Program-made: the position numbers and the translations under genes
Notes under the pieces: model-generated
Database searches by the model: none
What the model was told of the DNA's origin: nothing
Seen by the model: the letters and a program-made list of their open reading frames with translations, nothing else
Shown here: piece by piece, positions 11,777-22,951 of the stretch
Layout of the letters: every line of letters begins with the position of its first letter
Position numbering within the stretch: position 1 is the stretch's first letter
Assembly: GCA_965645245.1 (NCBI GenBank)
Contig: OZ287067.1
Span: 2,480,001 to 2,544,000 of the forward strand
Source of the DNA: Massalongia carnosa
Taxonomy: Eukaryota
Length of the DNA: 64,000 nucleotides
Direction: 5' to 3'

Positions 11777-13091
11777 CACGCGGGGGACAAAAAAAAAACT
11801 ACACCAAAATTTAACCGGGTTCAACCCCCCACCAAAACACAAGCAATTTCCATACAATTTTGATGGGATAATCACCATTTCAACAACCAGTCATCCAATT
11901 CATTCAATCTATTCAATAACCAGTCATTTTACCCTCACCATCCAAAACAGCTCTCAATCTATCTGGCATAGTAGACACCCGTTCATTGATAAATGCCTGG
12001 GAAACGTTCGCCCACCCCTCATAAATTAGCCCCTTGGTCGTATCATCATCCCAATGAGGATATTTTTTTAAATATTGCTTCGGGGCCTGCCAGCAATTTT
12101 CTATGGGGGCCAAATCAGGTGAACATGGACAGTTGAAATAGTGCTTCAGATCGTTGTTCTGCTTCCAAGTGCGTACAATGTTTGATTTGCCTGGTCCATG
12201 TCCAGAATCACCGTCTTCTTCTAAGACGAAATCGTGTTTTGCTTCAATCCAGGGCTTCACAATAGGCTCCAATATAGAGTCGATATAGACTCGTTGACTC
12301 ATCTTTCCATTGGAGTTTCCAGGAACTCTGTAAAAGTAGATATCTGACTTGAAGTCATGATCTGCAGCAGCCCAACAGTGATGTCTCTTCTTGGCGGCCT
12401 CGTCTGGTTCATCTGCTTCTTGAATACAATCATGACAATAACGTTCACCTAATCTTCGTATGATGCGTAATTTGCCCTGAGGTCCCCATCCAAAGTGCAC
12501 TTCGTCACTAAATCGAACTTGTTTCCAGTCTTCTGCATTTGGATATCTAGAAAGCATAGCATCTGACCACTTCATACGAAGCTTTCTTGTCTTCTCGTTC
12601 ACCCATCCCTTTCTGCACGCAATGCATTTGTGATAATCCATGGTGCCCATGATTCGTTGAATGGTTTTGCCACTGCAGTCTAGGCCTACTTCGAAGCCCA
12701 ATTGCTCCCATGTAAGAGCGCGCGCCTCCATACCTTCTTCTTCCAATAGCCGTTCCATTTCTCTAATCAATTTAGGCGTAACAATTTTGTGACGCCCACG
12801 AGCTTCAGAAACATCGGAATTATTATGATGACGGCGTGATGAGGCTCCTTCACGCAGGTATGCATAGCCCCTCGTACGTTCCACATCAAATGTGCGAAAA
12901 ACATCCTCTTTGTGATAAGAAATGCCTTGCTTTTCGCAAAATTCAACGGCTCCCTGAATTTTAGCTTTGGTAGGAGTCTCGATATGTTTAGAATTCATAA
13001 TAATGATAATTATCCCATCAAAATCTTGTGTTTTGGTGGGGAGTTGAGCCCGGTTAAATTTTGGTGTAGTTTTTTTTTTGTCCCCCGCGTG
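11777..13091 (-). mobile_element. Intact Tc1/mariner-superfamily (IS630-Tc1-mariner) DNA transposon, 1315 bp, 67-bp TIRs, 5-bp AATGG flanking duplication
   Basis: TIR CACGCGGGGGAC-(A-run)-CTACACCAAAATTTAACCGGGyTCAACyCCCCACCAAAACACAAG at 11777-11843 and inverted at 13025-13091 (2 mismatches); AATGG at 11772-11776 and 13092-13096; internal transposase ORF. Confidence 0.95.
11913..12998 (-). CDS. Tc1-like DDE transposase (DD37E spacing), 361 aa, uninterrupted
   Basis: W-x-x-VRFSDE, LEEDGDSGH and CSPDLAPIENCW motifs; 37 residues between the second D and E; ATG 12998 lies inside the element (the track's 13100 start lies outside the TIR). Confidence 0.93.
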   Translation of the reverse strand: MNSKHIETPTKAKIQGAVEFCEKQGISYHKEDVFRTFDVERTRGYAYLREGASSRRHHNNSDVSEARGRHKIVTPKLIREMERLLEEEGMEARALTWEQLGFEVGLDCSGKTIQRIMGTMDYHKCIACRKGWVNEKTRKLRMKWSDAMLSRYPNAEDWKQVRFSDEVHFGWGPQGKLRIIRRLGERYCHDCIQEADEPDEAAKKRHHCWAAADHDFKSDIYFYRVPGNSNGKMSQRVYIDSILEPIVKPWIEAKHDFVLEEDGDSGHGPGKSNIVRTWKQNNDLKHYFNCPCSPDLAPIENCWQAPKQYLKKYPHWDDDTTKGLIYEGWANVSQAFINERVSTMPDRLRAVLDGEGKMTGY

Positions 13092-13256
13092 AATGGGCAC
13101 GACTTTCGTATCTCGAGCCGCTAAACTTCAACCCTGTTTCTCGGCTTGCACAATAAATTACAGAGTACAGATACCAATACCGGCCGACGTCTTTGGTAAC
13201 ACACAAATGTCGTCTCTCATCGATTTCCATCTCCAGATCGGAGGCTCTCTTTAGCC

Positions 13257-14945
13257 ATGGCCGCCTTGTCTGTTCCCTCGGAAATATCCCACTCCGCCTT
13301 ACCCGCCTCCCCCTTCCTCTCTCCGCCGCCCACCGCACAGGCAGACTCCCTGGCCATTCTCCATCTGAAGCGTGATCTTTTAGTCCCCGCCATCCTCCGC
13401 TCACACGACGATCGCAACGAGGGCTATTCCGAAGGAAAGGTGACCAACACGCGCTTTGGCTCTTTTCCTCACAGCACTCTTATTGATGTGCCATGGGGGT
13501 CCCAGGTACGGGCTTCAGCCGTAGATACGGGGTCAAGAGGTCGTAGGGGCGAAGGTCCTAGCGGGAAAGGCAAGAAGCGAAAGCGAGAGGCGGCGGAAGA
13601 AGTAGATAATCCGGTGGTTTTAAGAGAAGCTGATGATAGAGGAGATGATGATCCCGAGGATGAGGGAGCCGTCGTTCCTCAAAAGGCTGCGGTGATGGCT
13701 TCAACTGGCTTTGTGCATCTCCTCCCCCCCACGCCAGAAATCTGGACTGCATCGCTACCTCACCGCACGCAAGTAGTGTACACGCCCGACTATAGTTATA
13801 TTTTACAACGAATACAAGCCAGGCCCGGCAGCGTTCTCATCGAGGCCGGCGCAGGGAGCGGTTCCTTCACACACGCGGCCGCCCGCGCGGTATTTAACGG
13901 CTATCCTGAGACTACGCAGCCGCGTCTGCGGAAAAAATGGGGTAAAATATGGAGTTACGAATTTCACGAGCAAAGGGTTCAAAAGCTGCGGGCCGAGATC
14001 AGGGAGCACGCCTTGGACGGTATTGTGCAAGTTACGCACAAGGACGTGTGCCAAGACGGATTCAGCATTGATAACAGCACCGCTCCCTCGGATGTAAACG
14101 CCACCGCTATCTTTCTTGATCTCCCCGCCCCCTGGCTTGCGCTTAAACACTTGACTAGAACCTCAACCTTCATCGCCTCTCAAACCCCAGGACCAGGGCC
14201 CAACAATTCGCCCCAGCAAGCTGGGTCAGACTCTTCCCAAGTCCTCGACCCTACCTCTTCAATCCACCTCTGCACCTTCTCCCCCTGCATCGAACAAGTC
14301 CAACGCACCGTCGCTACTCTCCGCAAGGCCGGCTGGCACGACATTGAAACCGTCGAGTTGGCCGCCAAACGCATCGAAACCAAACGTGAGCGCGTCGGCT
14401 TGCAGGAAGAGGGCCTCCGTGGCGTCAACGCTTCCCCAGCCTCCGTCGACGAAGCAGTTTCTCGGCTCCGCGAACTCGAGGGTTGCGCACGGGTCTTCCA
14501 CAACAACGAAAACGGCAACGACATCAATGAACCTAGGGCGCCGAACAGCACGTTAGGATCCGTTTCCTGTCCGGCCGTGACGGGACCAGTCTCAAAACAG
14601 CAGCGGCTGGAGAATATTCAAAAGGCGCTTGAGGGACGGAAACTCTACAATGAGGGTCGCTTGGTGCATCGCGCGGAGCAGGAGCTGAAGATGCACACGT
14701 CGTACCTGGTGTTTGCGATCCTACCCAGGGAATGGAGCGTGGCGGACGAACTAGCAGCGCAAGAGAAATGGTCCGGCCAAGTTCCGGGAGCGGCGGGGGC
14801 GGGAGCAGGGATGACAAAGGGGTTTGCCGCGCCGGTGAGTAAGCGACAGATGAAGAAGGCGGCAAAGGCGAAGGCAGGGGGGAATAAAGCATTTGAGCTG
14901 AAAATTGTGGAGGAGGATGAGGACCGAGAGCTCCCAACATCTTGA
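13257..14945 (+). CDS. TRM61: tRNA (adenine-58 N1)-methyltransferase catalytic subunit
   Basis: TRFGSFPHS, PTPEIWTASLPHRTQVVYTPD, EAGAGSGSFTH (SAM motif), FLDLPAPW, FSPCIEQV, HTSYLVFA. Confidence 0.95.
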   Translation: MAALSVPSEISHSALPASPFLSPPPTAQADSLAILHLKRDLLVPAILRSHDDRNEGYSEGKVTNTRFGSFPHSTLIDVPWGSQVRASAVDTGSRGRRGEGPSGKGKKRKREAAEEVDNPVVLREADDRGDDDPEDEGAVVPQKAAVMASTGFVHLLPPTPEIWTASLPHRTQVVYTPDYSYILQRIQARPGSVLIEAGAGSGSFTHAAARAVFNGYPETTQPRLRKKWGKIWSYEFHEQRVQKLRAEIREHALDGIVQVTHKDVCQDGFSIDNSTAPSDVNATAIFLDLPAPWLALKHLTRTSTFIASQTPGPGPNNSPQQAGSDSSQVLDPTSSIHLCTFSPCIEQVQRTVATLRKAGWHDIETVELAAKRIETKRERVGLQEEGLRGVNASPASVDEAVSRLRELEGCARVFHNNENGNDINEPRAPNSTLGSVSCPAVTGPVSKQQRLENIQKALEGRKLYNEGRLVHRAEQELKMHTSYLVFAILPREWSVADELAAQEKWSGQVPGAAGAGAGMTKGFAAPVSKRQMKKAAKAKAGGNKAFELKIVEEDEDRELPTS

Positions 14946-16390
14946 ACCGCTACAGGGAAATACAATGGCAACCATTCTACCTACCATACTCTATGGAAGA
15001 CTCCCTCAAAGTTGCGCTCACCCGACTAGGAAAACAGCAGAGAACTAGTCGAGCAAGCTTATGGAGCAGGAAGACATGAATTCTCTACTTCATGATCAGC
15101 TGCAGGTGATCACAATGACTTGCTACCTGAACGCTTCTTGGTCGATTATCTGCCGGTGGCGGTTGTGTCTAGTCGTTGGGTAAATGCAAAAAATCCATCT
15201 TTGAAGCTTCTTTGTTTTTCGATGACCTCAGGAAATCTCAAATTCACCCGTTTTTTAAGTAGGCGTTAAGAGATGCGAGAGAATAGCTAACCTCAAAGCG
15301 TACAGCAAGTTAATTCTCTGGTATGTATTCCCCCTTGAATGCGGTACATGCCCAACCGCTGCAGGATTTCTTTGTTCCTGGGAAGAAAATCCAGCTTCAA
15401 TGATTCAACGAATCGAGTCAAGGATAAGAAGCGACAAAAAACTTCAACGTCAAACAAACCTTTCCTCTGTTTCTATCCGCCCTTCAAGCCTGACAAAGTC
15501 AGACCTTTTGCGAGGTATATCAACATTTTCCTACCCGCCAGCATGAAGCAAGAGATCAAGATAGAGTTGACAATTTTCGTTGGTGTGTCTACTTCACCGC
15601 TCTCTCATCACGACAATCCTGTGGAGTAAGTACACCTTCAGTACAGTAGCAACGACTCAAGGCTGATACTCTAAGACATGATACCCCAGAACCCGATATT
15701 CGTGAAGGGAGCAACCTGCAGGAAAGCAAAGCAACCACTCACCCTCCAGGAAGTGGAGAGGGTAAATTTTCCCAGCCGCAACCGCTTCAAACCCCTTCTA
15801 CAGGTCCTCAATTGTTGACAGAGAGGGTTCTAAAAGAACTTGACAGAGCGCAAGGCGTGTCAGGAATAGATCAGAGCGCTGCCACTTCTGCAACGACCAA
15901 CACAACGACTGTCAATATCGGCCCGCGCAATACCAAAATTTGTTGAAGAACTGAATCACCGTAGGGTATTTAATGCTGAAGTGGTAGTACAGTAACAACC
16001 GTCTGACTTGCCTTTCTTTTCGAAAGCAATGGCTCGCAAAAGATAAGACCTCGGATCGGTTGTTGAGCAGTCTTTGAAGTGTTGCAAAAGGCTTCTGGAA
16101 ATGGCAGCGGTGATGCGCTAGAGTTTATCTACTTTTCATTGCGCGCTAGCTGCGTCTCGGATAATTGGGCCCTAAAATAAAGTACAAGTACAGTATGTGT
16201 GTTTCTGTACCATACCTGTTAGTATAACGATCTATGTTTCAGTAATCAATGGTATACTTTGATGCACCAGGAAAAATAGACTTGCTCTTTAGACCTACCC
16301 TCAGTCCTAGCTATTATCTGGCCTGCATGTCTGGATGACAGACTCGTGGTTCTATACTAGCAAATGCGTCTGACACCAAATTTTTCTATC

Positions 16391-17490
16391 ATGGCTGCCG
16401 AGCTCAAGACTGGACGAGCGTTGCAAGGTGGACGCGGTAATTATATCATCCGGGAGCAGCTGCATAGAAGGATCTGGACAGCATTGTGAGCATGTTTCAA
16501 CACACAAATTCAAGTTAATCTTGCATTATTTCTGGCTGACTCAATACAGGAGCACTACCTCCGAGAGAGTGACAGTCAAAACCGCTTCCGATTGGCCTCT
16601 GCAGAACGAACGTCAGGTCCTCGAGGCCATTCGTGAGAGTCCCTAAATTCGGTCCATTATCGATGTCACTAATGATCCGTCTTCACTTATATTGAAGTAT
16701 CTAGACGACAACCTCCTCAACGCCTCGAATGCGAAGAAGCTTGAGAAAGCAGAAATCAAGTACGTGGCTCGAAAAGTTTTGCAGGCTTTGGAAGCGCTTC
16801 ATAGCCTTGATCATGTCCATACTGGTATGTTGTATACTCATTATGCAAGGCACCACATCAATTTAATTAGTTCGCAGACATTAAGCCTGACAACATTCTT
16901 GTCAGCAATGGCGCTGGACCGGACCGCTTTAGCAAAGTACAGCTTAGTGATTGTGGAGACACCGTCATCGTTGATCCAAAGGCGAGCCCATTTGAAGAGG
17001 GCCACGTTATTGGGGCAGCCATATTTCGCAGCCCCGAGGCGATGTTGAACCTCCGTTGGGGAGCGCCGACTGACATCTGGTCTTTTGGAGCGACTGTGAG
17101 TAATCAGAGCCGTTGATTTTGCAAGGTCATGGCTGAATTCCTCTAGCGGATTAGCCTGATATGGGGCTACAACTGGCACATATTCAAGCCAACTGAAGTT
17201 CCATTTGAAAGCGATGAGCATCCTCTACAAGCGCTCATCAGGCAAGTGAGCATCTTTGGACCAGTGCCTTTAAGCTATGGTGACATTGCCGATGAGGAAG
17301 GGCTTAGCATCCTCACGGCCGTCGTTAACCTTGTCCACGACCATAAATTACAAAAGCCTTTTCACCTGTCCACTGACAAAGAATTATCAGAAGAAGACAA
17401 AACCTTTATAGAAAAATCATAAAGTTGGATCCAAGGGATCGACCAACGGCTCAGGAACTTCTGCAGGATGAATGGTTCCGAGAAGTATAA
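16391..17490 (+). pseudogene. Ser/Thr protein kinase pseudogene (CMGC/SRPK-like fungal family)
   Basis: Spliced frame gives VTVK, HT|DIKPDNILV, LSDCG, FRSPEAMLNLRWGAPTDIWSFG and KLDPRDRPTAQELLQDEWF; premature TAA at 16644-16646 and a frameshift in the A-run at ~17412-17416. Confidence 0.85.
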
Positions 17491-18979
17491 CGCCTTGGTA
17501 TATCTGGTTACTTCCAAAGTTGTAAACTATATTCATCGAATCCGATGACATCACCACCCGACGCTAATGTCACGACACGCTCAATAGACTACCCTGATGC
17601 TAAGTATCTGGCGACGATATAGAAAATCGGGTCCTTGCTGTCTTCATAGGGTTGCTTCATGGCGAGAACCCTCAATCCAAGGTACCAAACCAAGCTTGGG
17701 CTACCGAAGCCAGTACATCAATTTTCATAGCCCATTCCAGGGCCTCTCAATAAATCGATCAGTATATGCCCATGAAGCCATAACACCGGCGACGTGGGGG
17801 TGTCCCAACAAGGAGTTAGCCAAACTTCACTTCTCTAAAATTCAAGGGGGAGATGGAACGATTTCTAGGCGAATATGGATGAAAAAGGGGCCCCGGGGAA
17901 GGATGGCTGGGTTTCCCGGGTGCTGCTCTGTTAGTGCAAGCCCGCACACAAGGGGCGGGTCTATAGTGACGGGTGGGTTCTTTGTTCATTCAACTACTCA
18001 AAGAGTAGCAGCCTGGGCAGGCTTAAGAATACTTGCAAAGAGATCTATGATTTTGGGTAGGTTTTGGTGAGGATTTAGGATTGATGATGGATTTACGATG
18101 ATAAATTTACGATGCGCGAGGGATGTGATCGCCTCTTAGTTTGGTATTTCCCATTCGATCTGCCACTCTCTTCTTTGGCTTCTGGTTCAGACTTGAAAAG
18201 TATAGGTTCAAGAATCGAAACGACTCGAATCAGGGGTTAAGTATACAGAGTAGGTTTATCTAGATTACGGTCTGTCAGAACGCATTTCTCAACACGTGGC
18301 ACATTGTTTTCGGATATCTGAGAACCGTTAGTTGGGACCATCAACTCATCACTACTCTACTCAAAGCTTCAAACCTAGCCCCTCAAACCAAATATCCCCA
18401 CCCCCGTGATTATCATCCCCTTTCCGGTTTCCATTACCACTTCTCTCCTCGTCGGCCCCTCAACTAAACCCTCCCTTCCCTCTCTTCCTCCTCCTTCCCA
18501 ACCAGACCAGTCACATACAATATCGGCAATCTATCTATCCAACCCCATCACTCCCCAGCCCGCACACCTCCTCCTACCCACCCCACCACTCATTCTCCAA
18601 GCCAGTTCAAACCAAACTCACCATGCCCCTGTCTCTCCATTTTCCTTCACGTCACGTACCAATCCGTCACCCAAGCATAGCATAGCATGACATGGTACAT
18701 TTTAGATCCCCCCTCCCCCCAACCCCGTTCGGGCTTCTCCATCCATCGTGACTTTTTAAATATATAGATAAATAAGTATGTAGGAAGCTGGTTTTTGGGG
18801 GAGGGGTGGGTTTGATTGATGAATATACCTCTACTATCTCTCTTCCCCTACTCGCCTCCCGACGCCGGTCCCCCAAAATAGAAACAGCAACAGCAGTACA
18901 GCTCAAAATCAATCGAGTCCTTTCTTTCCGAACCCGAACCTTTTCCCTATTATCTTACCTAGCTAGCTAGCTAGATGTG

Positions 18980-19019
18980 AAAAAAAATTAAAAAAATTAA
19001 AAAAATTAAAAAAATTAAA
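18980..19019. repeat. (AAAAAAATT)x4 tandem repeat
   Basis: aaaaaaaattaaaaaaattaaaaaaattaaaaaaattaaa, downstream of the SYG1 stop codon. Confidence 0.85.
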
Positions 19020-19309
19020 GATTGCCCGACCTCGACTGGCTGGCCGACTGACTGACTAAATGGATGGACAGATGCCGCATCTGATCTAACTAGCGGTTCC
19101 GTCTAGGCCCAATCCAAAACCACATGGCATGCAATACATACAAAGGGACCCCCCTCCTTTTTCTCTATGGTCGGAAGAACTTTTCCCTTGGAACCAAAAA
19201 GAATCAAAAAAAAGACGCCCGAGAAAATCCTCCTGCTAATTTAATGATAAAGCGATCCCTTCCCGTGACCTCATTCACCCCTGCTCACCCACACTCACCA
19301 AAACCAAAC

Positions 19310-22300
19310 CTACACCGCTGGGCTCCTCTGCCTTCTTACAATCCCCTGCGCATCTATGACTTCTCCTCTCTCCTCCCTTTCATCCTCCTCCTCCTCTTCC
19401 TCTTCGTCCTCGTCGCTGCTCCCCGGCGCGCCCTGGTGCGCTTCGAACCGTGGCTCCCGCTGCTCAAGCCCGGGTTTGCGCTTGCGCTCAAAGTCCTGCG
19501 CGTGCGCTTGCGTCATAATGGTGCCGACGCGCGCAATTCCGCGTTGGACCGGCGTAGCAACTGATTGGGTCTGCCCCCGGCGGCGCAGTGAGCCGGACGA
19601 CGGGTCTGAGAGCGCATTTTCAAGCGCGACGCCCGAGCCCGTAGTGGGGACGTGATCTTCCACTTGCGAGGAATGACGACGAGGCAGTTTCGGCGAGGCG
19701 GGGTCGTGCGGGGGGCGGGGAACCTGGGCTTCAGGGTTCTCGTCGTCGTCGGCGAGGGACGAGGTTGGGGAAGCGGGTATCTCGTAGGGAAGGGGCACGT
19801 CACGGGAAGCACGGAAGCGGCCGACATTAGTGCAGTGCTCGTTCTCGACGCGAAAGAGGGTCCACATCCCCCGTCGGCAGATTTCGGACAGGCCAATGAA
19901 GAAGCTGAGGAGGGCCGAGTGCTGCAGGTCGTGGCTGAAGAAGACGTAAAAGACCCAGTTGAAGCGGAGAATCGGGTCAAGAAGCATAGCCAGGTAATAG
20001 ATCCAGGGGCGTTTATAACCCAGAACGTCGCGGAGGAAGGGGTTTGCGGCGTATGGGTTGCATAGACCTGATGCGTTAGTTTGCAGCATAGAAACGAAGG
20101 TGTCGCCCACTTACTCCAATCCATGGCGAGATCCCACACAGCTACTGATGTTAGCTCAGCCATGGAGGCGAGGAATGAGAATCTTACAGCAGTAGATGGA
20201 GTTGACGGTGGCGCAAGCAATGAACAATGCTTTATAATGCGGCACTTCATTAATACGATAGAGGCTGAGCGACATGTAGGATAGGATCGTAAATGTGTAT
20301 TTTCCACAGTTGACCAAATGGGGAAATGCATTCCGAGTATCGTAGTAACGTCGTAAGCACTGCAATGCTCGCCAAATGCCTGGTAGGGTGGTAAAAAATC
20401 CTAGAACACGCGAATGATTCGAGTTGCAAACAGCCGGATCACTCCACCGCCGACCGTAGAGACAGAAGAAAAGCTCGAGATTCTAAATAGCGTGAGGTTC
20501 ACTTTCTTTCCCTTCATTGCTCTAGAGAACTTACCCCCATGGAGTAAGTTTGCGAGCAGTACATATCTCCTAGGAAAAAGTCTCGAAACTCCACGGGATA
20601 CAGCCCTGCAAGCAATAATCTGAACTGTGCACCCTTAGCTGGGGTACGCGCTGGACACGAATTAACCTACATTGGAATATGCCCACCATTCGCGACTTCG
20701 ATGATACAGGATTGGGGCAGGCAGGAATAATGCCAGCGCAGAAAACGCCACAAGTAGAATCGGCCAGTATAAAAACATGGCATCTGACCTGGATGGCTGA
20801 AAATTGAGCCAAAGAAAAAGTCCAAGTAAGAACAACAAAAGGCAGGGTATCTAGGTTGGCTGTTAGATGAGTAATAAAGTTGAAAACGGATAGGTGGGCC
20901 TTACTTCCGACAGTTGACGCCAATTTAGATGATGTCGTGTGTCAAACTCGAAGATGAAGACATAATTTATCTTCGCACTCTCCCATATCTTACAGTTTAT
21001 ACAAAAAAAAAGGAAGAGCAATAAAGCCAAAAAGTAACCACCATATATCTGTCCTCTTCGTCAGTTGACTGGCCACCTAACGGAATCAGAGAAATCACCT
21101 GTAACAGATAGCTTGCATTGATCTTTTCTACAGGATCCATGCTTGACAAAAGCGCCGCACCATGAATCACGCCCTGCATGCCAAAGACCAGTCCTGCTGC
21201 GATAAGTAGGCCATTTCGAAAGATACTTCCGGTATAATCTTCAGCTCTCGACTGTTTCGTCCTCAGCTTTCCAACCGCTATTTTGTGATTTCCCCGTTCG
21301 AAGTATCTTGCGTAAAGGTCCTCGACAGCCACTATTTGCCCTTCGAGTACTTCGCTTTGTACAAACCACGCCTTGTTGACTTTCTCCGACATATATCGTC
21401 CGGTTGGCCGTGCCTTCACTGCCTTGTCATATTTCTTGTTGATTTTACGAAAAGCTGTTCTATTGAGTAAAGCATACGACTTCAAGAGCTCGAGTCCTCT
21501 GTAAAACTCCTGCAACGCCAATCGAAGTTTTCTTTTGGCTGATCGGTAGGGAACGTCATCATGGAGGGTAAGGCGGCGTGTAAAGTCCTTTTGAGAGTCT
21601 GCTTGGCCCTGACCTCCGAGACGGTGCTCTGATGGGGAGTTTGAATTAGAAACTATATATTCAAGGGCCTTAGTGTTTGAGCCTAGACGCGGTCCAGTGA
21701 TCGCACTTTCAAGTGGATGCATCCACTTGAGGGCTGCCGAGAGTGATCTCTCGTGGCCTTTGTTGTTTTCGCTGCTAGAGCCCTCGCCATTGTCATTCCC
21801 CAAAGGGGTTTGTACTCGTTTGGCTAGGTTCTTCGCGCGTTGTACTATCAAAATCTCCTCTAGTCTCCGATCTCGCATCTCATGGAGTTGTTGTCTTAGG
21901 ATTTTGAGTCGTTCACCTGCCTCGGTTTCTTTCATTTTGTAGAACGTTTCAATTTTGTTAAGTTCCTTATCTAGAAATTTAAGAAAATCTGCTTGGCGAG
22001 AATCGAATTCTTTATAGGCTTCCAATGGAACATCTGCAGATCGTGGAGATTCTAATCCAGCAGAGAAGATCCGTCGTAATAGTGGGGAGGCCCGCGCGGG
22101 ACTTGAGCCTCCAGCATGGGTTGACGATATTCTCCGTGGAAGAAAAGTATTCCGCCGTATAGGCAAAGAAGACGACCCCGGCTTTGGCGGCGTATTGGGG
22201 ATACCCACTTTGTATGCATCTCCCAGGCTATCCCGAAGAGGTGTGGCATGCGGGTTCAGCCTGCTACGTCGCCAAGCCCGGTTATGGCGAGCATACGAAT

Positions 22301-22951
22301 CTTCATTCGGGGACAATGCGGGGTCTGGCAACTCCAGCGACGGTGGATGGTACAGCACAGGCTGAGCTGGTGGCGAAGGTACAATGCTCCCATAGTTGGT
22401 CAAGGCACCGCTATCCCATTGGGAGTATGATTCGTCTTCCGTACCCCGCGACCTCCGATCTTGAATCGCGAGTGGAGATGTCTCATTGTAAAGGCTCCGG
22501 CCTTCATTGCCAGGTTTGTCGTGTGGCTGCTTTACAGAACTCGCCACATCGTGCTGCGACACTTCCCCTGATATAGAAGAAGCACGATTTGATAGCCGAA
22601 GACGAGAGGGATCCTGGGTCAATTGGCCGTCACTGGACCTTCGATTGGGAGTGGATGGTAGGAGGGGTGGGGCGGAAAAGAGATTCGCAGGTTTTTGCCT
22701 TCCCGGTGTCCTTGGGGTTTGATTGACGCTTCTCAAGGCCCTGACCACAGCCTTAACCTTCTTTTTCCCAACCTGTCGAAAGAAGTGGTTAGCAGCGAAA
22801 CTGTCGCATACAGTGCAATCCCCCACCTTGTAGTCAAAGTACTTCACTCGCCACTCCGGGACCAACCCCTGCTCTAGCTCTCTGAGACACAGTTAGCCAA
22901 TGCTTGGGGAGCGGAGACTAATGGAGTTCAGGCTCACTTGGCAAACTTCAT
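19310..22951 (-). CDS. SYG1: SPX-EXS domain protein (SYG1/XPR1/PHO1 family phosphate exporter), multi-exon
   Basis: MKFAK|ELEQGLVPEWRVKYFDYK SPX start, LDKELNKIETFY, LNRTAFRKINKKYDK, and EXS motifs QCLRRYYDT..FPHLVNCGKY, WDLAMDW, LRFNW, RRGMWTLFRVENEHCTNVGRFRASRDVPLP. Confidence 0.95.

Noticed and set aside
12999..13100. Track's 395-aa transposase starting at 13100
   Set aside because: That start is a GTG outside the TIR and reads through the TIR; ATG 12998 is the plausible start
8760..14987. Numerous antisense and overlapping ORFs within CysRS and TRM61 (likewise in ERG7, APE1, SYG1)
   Set aside because: Shadow ORFs of GC-rich coding sequence with no independent motifs
17597..18912. ORFs of 157, 94 and 81 aa between the kinase pseudogene and SYG1
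   Set aside because: No domain features; partly C-rich low-complexity sequence
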